From: Convolutriloba macropyga
Lineage: Eukaryota
Length of the DNA: 64,000 nt
Direction of reading: 5' to 3'
NCBI RefSeq assembly: GCF_964194025.1
Contig: NC_134471.1
Coordinates: 62,496,001-62,560,000 of the forward strand
Part shown: positions 38,466 through 48,810 of the stretch, piece by piece
How positions within the stretch are numbered: position 1 is the stretch's first letter
Layout of the letters: every line of letters starts with the position of its first letter
Notes under the pieces: generated by a model
What the model saw: the letters and a program-made list of their open reading frames with translations, nothing else
Database searches by the model: none
Told to the model about the DNA's origin: nothing
Translations under genes and position numbers: made by a program

Positions 38466-38929
38466 ACTCATATTTAATTTCAGGAGCAGTTATTAATTTT
38501 TGCCGCATTGTTCAGAGCGAATAATATACTCAGTATGCAAAGTAATTGAGACATCAAAAGAGAAGGCGGTACATTTAGCTGCCGGCATTTATAAAACATA
38601 AAGCGCGCGTTTATGCACATTAAAGGAAAAGGCGGCAATTAATTGCTGCAAATTATACAAAACTACTCCAAGCTGCTCTGTCATTTGAAACAACCTTATT
38701 CAAAAATGGCGGTTATTAGTGACTAAAAGTACTCATGAAATATTATCTTGCTCAGATTTGTTTTTGTCTTGATCAGCATATGAATAAGAGTAAAAACCAA
38801 TTCTTGGAAGTTAAATTTTCATTTCTGTTTTTCAATGAGTATGTAGTTCGGGCATATTCACTCATTTCTAGAATTATTACATCAAATAGACATCTCGAGC
38901 ATCCCAAAATTAAATTAAAACTATTCAAT

Positions 38930-39519
38930 ATCGATATTTGCAACATCACAAACATCAGCAACTTGTTGCTGATTGAATACCTGAATTGAATACCTGAAAA
39001 AATTGAATTTTTTCTTTGTCAAATTGAATACCTGAAAAAAGTTTTGGTCAGGTGAACTGTAGGCTTGGTAGCGCAAAAGTAGGTAAGTATGGAAAAGGTA
39101 AGACCGTGGGAAAGACTTTAGCTCGAGTTAAAAACAGTAAGTTGTACCTTGTATTTATAATGAACTTTGAAACGATACCCTCGGCAGCTAAACGTTAAAC
39201 TGTTTTCATAAGTCGAGTTCTAGAAAACTGTATAATTACATTTATTGTTTTGACGGTCTTCTTGGGTGACGTAGACACACTGTGCAGCTGTCAAGACATG
39301 GATGTCAGATATTAGAGAACCACCACAGTTCTTTTCCACTCTCCTCGTTGCTGCTTCCACTAATTCCACTGTAACGAAGAAGTTAGTTCGTGGTTTTGTA
39401 AGGTTTCGCCCATTAAATATACGCTTGGAAATTTTTGAACTTCTCAGAGATGCCTTATTTCCCATTGTAGCACTGAGAGTTGAAGACACAACCAAGAAGA
39501 CAAAGGCCAGATTTTTCAT
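38930..39519 (-). pseudogene. Trypsin-like serine protease pseudogene, N-terminal half; catalytic His replaced by Gln
   Basis: Acceptor TGCAG just upstream of ATG 39519; signal peptide MKNLAFVFLVVSSTLSA; KR|IFNG; CGGSLI; VLTAAQC; in-frame stop at 39220, then FKVHYKY; putative intron, then DVCDVANIDI (Asp region, ~38930-38980) followed by stops. Confidence 0.8.
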
Positions 39520-42349
39520 TTTTGGCAAAATTCTGCAACCAGAAAAACATAAAATTGATAAATTTCAAGAACATCTTTTTAATTTATTTTTTATGTCATA
39601 GCTAACTTATAATTGTAGTTTGTGATAAACTTTTGGATTGATTTTTTAATGTTCAAATAAAGAGGAGCTTTCACTTTCCCAGGTCTTCACAATTTAGAAC
39701 TCAAGTTTAAGAAATCGACTGTTCTTGAGACTTTTCGTTTCGGGATCAAAATGACGACATCAATCCAGCGTGCGAAAATAGTATTAAAATTATCTTAAAC
39801 CCTGAACCAAAGTCATGCACGCTGATTACCCTTACAACGACGGCTGACAAAATTTCGTTAATCTATTTGAGTGCCTTGACCAGGTGATATCTAGTGTAGG
39901 CAATATATTACCTCTCGAGTAAAAAATGATAGGGTAAATTTCTCGATAATAGCCCTATTGAACTACTCCGGGTGGAGTAAGTTTCAAAATACAGAAATTT
40001 TGTGGCTACATTTGACAGAGTAACTACAGAGAACACCCCAGTGTTTAACTCTGGATTTGCTCTGGGCAGAATTGTTACAGTTGTACTCTGAACGCTGTTA
40101 TCCCGAGTCTACAGATGTTTGCAGAGCAGATTGTTTGTTTTAAATCATTTCCCCTGTATAAGAGGCGTTCACTGTTGCGTCAAAAATTTTTGAAAAAATA
40201 TTGTAATACAAAAGCAAAAACTTGTAGGTGTTAACCGTCACATTATCTTTAGTTGAATTCGAATTTTGAGACAACGTCCAAAGATGCTTTTTCATAGGTT
40301 TGGGTATCAATCGTTGACTTTCATTACTCAATTAGTCGGTTTGGTGTCTTTAATTATAGAAAAATCAAGTTTTTGAAGTTGCTGTTTCTTTAAGGTATTA
40401 AAAAATTGAAACTGGTTACTTCTCCCTTCATTAACGTAGTTTTGCCCAAGTGCTAATATTGTTTTTCCTTTCCAAATGATATTCTACTAAAATGCTGATG
40501 ACAACTCCTAATTCAAGAGCCTTACTAGAGTAGGCCAGTTTTGGCACTACTCTCTAAAAAGAAGTCCTAGAGCAATAAGCCTGCTCTGGTGCTAGACTGT
40601 CATGAATAAGATCCAGAGTATGTCTGCTTTTAGCTCTCTTTCTCAAGAAAAGTCCCAGAGTACTGCTGCTGTGGAAGCACCTGCACTCATAACAATAATA
40701 GCTCAATCGCCTTTCTCTGCTTCTAATCTGCCAGGTTAAAGAAGTGATCTGATCAGACTATAATCGAGCTCTGAGTAGTTCTCGGGGTTTACTATTCTCC
40801 AGCTCTGAGTTACCGTGGAGTTAAAGTTCAGGATTTTCAGTTCTTTAAAAAAATCAACAATACAAATAACATCGCATTAATTATGTTGGACATATGATGA
40901 GACTTGATTTTGAGAAAACAATTTCGCCCAAGAAATTGAATCTGTGCAAGTGGTTTGTCACACAAAAATTAGAAATAACTTCATAAGATATTGCACCAAT
41001 CAAAACTATTCATTAGTTTTTGCTGCTCATTTACAAAAAATACGAAGTAGAGATATACAATAACGCAAAACACGCTCGAAAACTCTGTCTAGCTTAAAAA
41101 AAACATGCTTAAATACTGAAGATCAATAGGAACTTACAGTAAAACGTACTATATACTTTGTACACAGTTGGAAGAATTTCTTTTTATAAGTTCTCTGAAC
41201 AGAAAGAAAGAGTATATCTCGTTTGAACTAGGAGTTCCTTGAAATTAGGACATGATTCATTTTCATCTAAGACAAAGTTTTTCACGATATTATTTTCATT
41301 GTTCCATATCAACCTATTGACTCCTCGTTTTCAGTTGTTGCCTATTTGAGCCCAATGTGTCCAAAAATATTTTTATTTCTCTGCACCACATTTTGAGAAA
41401 AAAATTAGCGCTTCTGCGCTTCTCGTGGAACCAACAGGTTAAAATAAGGGAAAACGCTTAAAAGGGATCATTGCAAACCATTGGTCAAGTCCACTAAAAA
41501 TGCACAAAAACTTCTAAAAAAGGAAAACACATTTTTTTCGGGGATTGCTTTTCTTTATTTTTGCAGAGAGATGACTTCGAGAATAAAAGACAAAAGGTAC
41601 AAACACTAACCAAATTTTGAAGCGGTTGGTTTATTGAAAGTTAAACTATCCTTCATGTGCTTTACCAAGAATATATTTAGTAGCTTTATTCAATGAAATA
41701 GATTCCAGATAGAAACCATCATCATAGGCAGCGGTTTTGCCTCCTTTTCATTACTGAAAAGGAACATGCTCGGACTCTGGCTACCCAGACTGAAATCACT
41801 TCCGATCAATCGAGAGTGCAACTGGGCAATCTGCGCTCGAAATTAAATGATCTGAACAAATTCTCTAGTGCTTCCGGGGTCGATCGGAGTCTGATCTAAC
41901 AAAAGATTCTTCTTTTTCAATGTTAACCGATGCATTCTGAGAATCTGAGAATCATACACGGTTTTTATTTCCGGACTTAAAAAAATTCTGCGTTTCTGGC
42001 AACTCCTTAGCACATGAACAGTACTGAGCCTCCAGAGTAGATCAGAGATGGAATAGTATTCCTCCAGAGTACGAGATTAGTCATTTGTGGTTTAGGCTTG
42101 GCAGAGTTTTTTTTCTTGAGTAGATCTTCTCTGGAGATAGTCATCACAGAATGTGTATACACAAAATTTCTCTTGTCAGAGTTGACCGCAAAGAGTAGAT
42201 CTAATCTGAAATTGATCTTGACAGAGTTCACTGCAGAGTAGATACTCATTAAAGCTAATGATTCACAATAACCCCACTAGAATTCCTGATTACCTTTTTA
42301 AAAACCAAATTTGTGTTTTCCTCTTTTTCCTCTTAGGAAAAAAATTCAG

Positions 42350-42452
42350 TTGCGTTTCTCAGTTACGGGGAATTCTCAATTGAAATTCTCAGTTACGGGA
42401 AATTCTCAATTACGGGGAAATTCTCAATTACGGAAATTCTCAACTACGGGGA
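42350..42452 (+). repeat. ~17-bp tandem repeat AATTCTCA(A/G)TTACGGG(G)A
   Basis: About 6 copies. Confidence 0.85.
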
Positions 42453-42689
42453 GCTGTACAAAACCAAAACTATAATAAACGCGCCAGTCAGGTGATGATC
42501 TCAAAACACAAGTTAGCAGAAACTTAGAGTTGAAGGAAAATGAAAACATATGAAACATTCCAATGAGATAATAATAAAGCTAGAACAAAATTTATTTCTT
42601 TTCCGTCAAGACCAGGTTTTTTGTGATGAGTAAACACAGTGTTTGCCTAATCTCCGACAGCTCTTTCAAGGGTAGACTCAGATTAAGGC

Positions 42690-43070
42690 GTCCCCGAGCC
42701 AGCTCTGCCAAGCGTTGTCCCAGAGGAACCCTACTCCGAGTCAGCTCTGTCAAGAGTTGTCCCAGAAGAGGCCTGCTCTGAACCCGCTTGGTAAGGAGTT
42801 TTCCCAAAGGAAGCCTGCTGTGAGCCCTCTCTGTCAAGAACTGTCCCAGAAGAGGCCTGCTCTAAACCCGCTTGGTAAGGAGTTTTCACAAAGGAAGCCT
42901 GCTCTGAGCCTTCTCTGTCAAGGGTTGTCCCAGAGTAGGCCTGCTCTGAGTCTGCTCTGACACGAGCTATTCCAGGATAGGCTTGTTCTGAGCCAACTCT
43001 TCCAAGAGCTGTCCAGAGTAGGCTTGCTCTGAGCCAGCTCAGTCAGGGATAGTCCAGAATAGGTGTAGTC
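42690..43070 (+). repeat. Degenerate tandem repeat built on CCTGCTCTGAGCC / GAGTTGTCCCAGA motifs, part of CTCTG/CAGAG-rich MITE-like DNA scattered over ~39950-43266
   Basis: Repeating motifs produce the periodic ORFs 42592-42837 and 42715-42960. Confidence 0.7.
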
Positions 43071-43802
43071 TGCGATCTCTACTGTCAAGGATAGCCACAA
43101 AGCTATTATTGGGTGGAGCCACTCTGTCGTGCGCAAAAATGACCTGATCGAACTCTGATCGAGCTCTGAGTGGGTCCATGAATTTACTATGTTCCAGTTG
43201 TGATCTGCGCTGGAGGTAAGGAACGGGGCTCGAAAGCTTTTTTCAAGCACCCGTTTTGCAGTAGGGATATCAGCACTTTACGTGGTACAGGGAAATTTCT
43301 TATTCTTCCTTAATTGTCCTCTGGTAATTACAAACAGCTTCATCAGTAAAATTTGTCTGTTCTTGCGATCCAAGACTCAGATATACTTATGGTGATAGGT
43401 TTTGTTTGAGTTTAGCGGTCTTACAACTTTTAGTGACAACCCGGACCTTGGTCGCAGTGAGTTTCATTACTGTACCATTGATTTTCAATTTTAACCAGTA
43501 CTGAACCAGGCAAATAGAAGTATAAAACCATTTGTCAGTCTACCCAGACTACATTAAGAAACATACCACTCTGTTCCTCTTCTTCGCAGCCTAATTTACA
43601 TTCTGGTCAAATCTGCACAGAATGTTTCACCATCAGACTGTGCAGAAAAAGAACTCACAGACTGCACATAGCAAATTTTGAAAATTTCGAATAATTGGTC
43701 TCATGCATAAAATTTTTAAGATGGCGATACCCTGAACAGCCATTCTAGCTCTAACCAAGCCATATATTGGTGCGTTCATATATCTAAACCATATAATGGT
43801 GC

Positions 43803-44115
43803 ATCGGTGGAAGTCGGCGGAGGTCGGTGGAGGTCGGTAGCGGAGGTCGGCGGAGGTTGGTAGCGGAGGTCGGCGGAGGTTGGTAGCGGAGGTCGGCGGA
43901 GGTCGGTAGCGGAGGTCGGCGGTGTAAAAAGGTCTCTATGTGCTCTCGTAATACCAAAAAACATTTGCCGGTAGCGGAGGTCGGTGGAGGTCGGTAGCGG
44001 AGGTCGGTGGAGGTCGGTAGCGGAGGTCGGTGGAGGTCGGTAGCGGAGGTCGGTGAAGGTCAGTAGCGAAGGTCGGAGGCGGAGGTCGGAGGCGGAGGTC
44101 AGAGGCGGAGGTCCG
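43803..44115 (+). repeat. G-rich minisatellite (GGTAGCGGAGGTC / GG(T/C)GGAGGTC, 23-bp period) in two blocks
   Basis: Blocks at 43803-43923 and 43969-44115; the period is not a multiple of 3. Confidence 0.92.
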
Positions 44116-44536
44116 AGGGCGTTGTGCGAGTCAGCATTAGTTGTGTAGAAGTAGAAGGTAAAAGTAGTTGTGCAAGCATCGGGCTTCGCCCGTGGGGTGT
44201 CAATCCCAGTGTTCATCAGTGTGTTTCCGTTTATCTTTTCCAGTGTCTAAAAAGTAGACTCAATGGTAGACTCATATGTTGTGTATTTCAGATTTGATTG
44301 TTGCTTTGTTTTTACTCATTTGTTTCCCTCAATTTGTTCGACTTGAAGTATTGTAATGGCCAGTGATATTAAGTTCGAATTTTGTTTTCACGAAACAATC
44401 ATTACGTGTGGAATCAATTTGTTGCTGGGGATTATTGATCCCAAAACCGAAGCTTGCCACGGAACAGTGATATTGACCAGAGTTGCACCATCAGAAAAGG
44501 TGAACAGGAAAAGGAGGGGGGAAAGAAACTTGGGGG

Positions 44537-47500
44537 ACCTCCGTTTATAACTCATCCTGCGCATGCAAACCTCCGTTTATAACTCATCCTGCGCATGCAA
44601 ACCTCCGTTTATAGCTCATCCCGCAAATGCAAACTCCAGTTAAATATCCATCCTAGGCATAGAAATGGCAGATAAAGGCTATGAATTTTACTATGATATG
44701 TGTAAAATATGTCATAATCAGAACTCTTGTAAGACAAAAATACATAATGAAAAAAGATGCTGATTCAATGCTGAAATGAACTGCAAGATAACTCCGGGAA
44801 CGTGTTTGAAAGAAATGTAGACCTCCTTCAGTTGTCGAACTCGTAAATGCTTGCGAAACGGATGTATCAATGAACAATCAACAAATTAATACCCATTCAA
44901 TTAATCATGGTTAGTTGCCTGAGGCGAACTTCCGTTCGTAGATCTTGAGCTTTCGTTAAGAACCACGAACTCTTTAATTTCGTAAAACCGGATTCTGGTT
45001 TTACGTGAGTTTTGTTGTTCGTATACAATATATCAGTTGTGATATAGGGCCTACACAGGGACGTTTTGAACAGTTTTGGGCTTATTCACAAGTGTCCCGG
45101 GAAAGTGCTTCAAATTTAATCTCAAAACGTGGCACGTTAGAGGATTTTTTGCGGAATTCAAATTTTTCACTTCGAGGTGCCGCCTGAGTTTTGACAAACA
45201 AATTTGCAAAGTACTGAAAAACCATAATAGATTTGCTATTAGACGTTTCCATTACTACACTTGGCTTGCCGTTAAGTACGGGATAGTTACACCATATAAA
45301 TCAACAAAATTTTAAGTGACTCCTAAAAACAGTTTGCGGATTGGGTAGAAGAAGATAGAAAATTCCATCGATTGATCATGGTAAATTTATAGAAGTAAAA
45401 ATATGAATTATGGCTCATGATACGTTTATTAGAGCCAAAAAATTCCTTTAGGAGATACGCTTGAGTTCACTTGACGACTCCTATTGGCTGAAATTATACC
45501 TGCCTTGCGTTTTTTTATGACGGCACATAAGTACATGTTGTTTTCAAGATAGCGGAACTAAATTGTAAGTGACACAGGCTCAGTGGTACGATGTCCGTGG
45601 GGGTTTCAACGACAGGTTGTGGGATTGCGTACAAGAAGGAGTAAACAAGGATCAATCTGGATATTATCAAAAGTTGTTAACGTGCTCGCAAAATCAAAAT
45701 TTTGTATTTATGATCCAAAGAAATTAATCGCATATCCATAGCCTGATTCAGAAATAGATGTTCACCGCAGTTTAAAAGGAATTTTACAGCAGCTTTTAAG
45801 ACCATGTTAAAATGGTAATGGATCATAGTCAATATATCTCGCATTGATATACATTGACAAATAAAAAAAAATCACTGATCTATCGATGGAACTCACTCGC
45901 ACTCCAAAACCGGATTCTTGTTGAAATGCTACATTTGATGTTATTAATTAATTAATATATAAACTTATTTCCAAATTCATGTGCCATTGATTAATCGAAA
46001 GTGGAAAAATAATCTTCTGTTTATTCTTTACCGCATGTATTTTGCATTTATTTTGTTATAAATTAATTATTATAAGCAGACTCGTCTTTGTTTTGAGGTA
46101 CTTGAGTCACTAATTCCCGCCATTAACTATAACCGCTGTATTCAGCCTACGCATCTTTTGCAAGCTAGCCTGCGTGTATGATTCATCCCTGACATACAAA
46201 CCTGCGTGTATAACTCATCCTTCGCATACAAACCTCCGTTTATAACTCATGCTGCGCATGCAAACCTGCGTTTATAACTCATCCTGCGCATACAGACCTC
46301 CGTTTATAACTCATCCTGCGCATGCAAACCTCCGTTTATAACTCATCCTGCGCATGCAAACCTCCGTTTATAGCTCATCCTGCAAATGCAAACTCCAGTT
46401 AAATATCCATCCTAGGCATAGAAATGGCAGATAAAGGCTATGAATTTTACTATGATATGTGTAAAATATGTCATAATCAGAACTCTTGTAAGACAAAAAT
46501 ACATGATGAAAAGATGCTGATTCAATGCTGAAATGAACTGCAAGATAACTCCGGGAACGTGTTTGAAAGAAATGTAGACCTCCTTCAGTTGTCGAACTCG
46601 TAAATGCTTGCGAAACGGATGTATCAATGAACAATCAACAAATTAATACCCATTCAATTAATCATGGTTAGTTGCCTGAGGCGAACTTCCGTTCGTAGAT
46701 CTTGAGCTTTCGTTAAGAACCACGAACTCTTTAATTTCGTAAAACCGGATTCTGGTTTTACGTGAGTTTTGTTGTTCGTATACAATATATCAGTTGTGAT
46801 ATAGGGCCTACACAGGGACGTTTTGAACAGTTTTGGGCTTATTCACAAGTGTCCCGGGAAAGTGCTTCAAATTTAATCTCAAAACGTGGCACGTTAGAGG
46901 ATTTTTTGCGGAATTCAAATTTTTCACTTCGAGGTGCCGCCTGAGTTTTGACAAACAAATTTGCAAAGTACTGAAAAACCATAATAGATTTGCTATTAGA
47001 CGTTTCCATTACTACACTTGGCTTGCCGTTAAGTACGGGATAGTTACACCATATAAATCAACAAAATTTTAAGTGACTCCTAAAAACAGTTTGCGGATTG
47101 GGTAGAAGAAGATAGAAAATTCCATCGATTGATCATGGTAAATTTATAGAAGTAAAAATATGAATTATGGCTCATGATATGTTTGTTAAAGCCAAAAAAT
47201 TCCTTTAGGAGATAAGCTTGATTTCACTTGACGACTCCTATTGGCTGAAATTATACCTGCTTTGAGTTGTTTTTATGACGCACATAAGTACATATTTTTT
47301 TTCAAGATAGCGCAACTAAATTGTAAGTGACACAGGTCAGTGACACAGTGGTACGATGTCAGGGGGGGGGGGGGGTTTCAACGACAGGTTGTGGGATTGC
47401 GTACAAGAAGGAGTAAACAAGGATCAATCTGGATATTATCAAAAGTTGTTGATGTGCTCGCAAAATCAAAATTTTGTATTTATGATCCAAAGAAATTAAT

Positions 47501-47706
47501 CATATATCCATAGCCTGATTCAGAAATAAATGTTCACCGCAGTTTCAAAGGAATTTTACAGCAACTTTTAAGACCATGTTAAAATGGTAATGGGTCATAG
47601 TATGATTTGTCAATGTATCTCGCATTGAGATACATTGACAAATCGAAAAAATTTACTGATCTATCGATGGAACTCACTCGCACTCCAAAACCGGATTCTT
47701 GTTGAA
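44537..47706. repeat. Direct duplication of a ~1.4-kb unit (44537-45926, 46294-47706; period 1757) headed by a 32-bp tandem repeat
   Basis: Identical ORF translations at 45005/46762 and 45076/46833; ACCTCCGTTTATAACTCATCCTGCGCATGCAA about 3 times at 44537 and about 7-8 times at 46150-46395. Confidence 0.93.
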
Positions 47707-48810
47707 AAACGATTTGAACACAAATAAACAACGCCAGTTAATATCGCTTCTGTATAATTAAAGTCGAATGATTGTGTATCTTAACTTCAAAAACATTTCA
47801 GCATATTTAAAAATAAGGCAAAATCGTTTGAGATGAGAAATTTTATATTCGAAAAATGGCACAATCTTCTTAGATTTTTTTTAATTTTCAAATTCAGTTT
47901 TCCGACCTTGTAACAAACACGTGCATAACTGAGTTTTCAGTGTGCAAATATTTTTTGATATTGTTTTCTTTAAAAAACAATAGTACCAAAATGTTTTGTG
48001 GGATCAAAAAGCTAAGTAAACATTAAGGCAACAAACAAACATTAAGGCAACAAAAAGCTAAATAAAAAGAACCCGAAAGTACTCCAAGTTAATGGCCTTG
48101 GTTGGGTTGTTGTTTTTATAATTTATCCTCATAATTTCTTTTCAAAAACAGTTTTTTGTTTAATAGTTAAATGAGTAGATATTTGTAAATAATTTTTTAT
48201 TTTCTGAGTGATTTTTAAGGGTAAAAAATCGAAATTGCTCCAAGCTTCATATCTAATATTTGATGTGTGCATTAATATGACTGATTTGGCCTCAAAATGT
48301 TTCACATTACAGGAACAAGAAAAATCGCATAGCGGATTTTTTCAAAATAGATACGAGACGCACCAATATCCACTTAATCTTTAATTTTGTCTCGAGTCAA
48401 AATCCTACAAATTTAAGGTTTATTTGTGCTCCAAAAATCTCGAATTTTAAACTGTGATAGAACGAAAAACAAATTTTTCATCATATCTGCTGAGGTCACT
48501 AAAACATGCTATTCATATCAAAAAGAATTTGTTTTTCGACTAGAACAATTATGAGTAGTTATTCTGAGCCAATTTATTTGGGGGGATATACACTCATATG
48601 GGTTTTTTCACCCTATTTTTATAATGCAAATTTGCATTCACTCGAGAGTGAATCTCACAACTAATCGCAATTTATGTATTTTTTATTCACACTTTTGACA
48701 GCTTTAAGCATGAGTGACGCAGAAGATAACAAATACATGAGCAAGAAATCGTAAGCAGAGATCACAACAAAGAAAATTCAGTTGGCTTAGGGTCAAAGGA
48801 CTTATAGTCA

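Larger units (their letters stand above)
35526..38709. repeat. Tandem duplication, two ~1.56-kb units (35526-37089, 37142-38709)
   Basis: Colinear throughout; about 87% identity by eye over the first ~175 bp and about 95-96% in two internal blocks; two large reciprocal indels. Confidence 0.92.

Noticed and set aside
12399-39519. One 27-kb protease gene with His, Asp and Ser exons at 39, 22 and 12.5 kb
   Set aside because: Order and strand fit, but the 39-kb and 12.5-kb loci each have their own Asp-region remnant and the 39-kb exon has an in-frame stop; separate paralogues are more parsimonious.
43776-44216. 146-aa proline-rich ORF
   Set aside because: By-product of a 23-bp-period minisatellite; the translation cycles through all three phases.
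46150-46395. CRISPR-like 32-bp repeats
   Set aside because: Head-to-tail minisatellite with no spacers.
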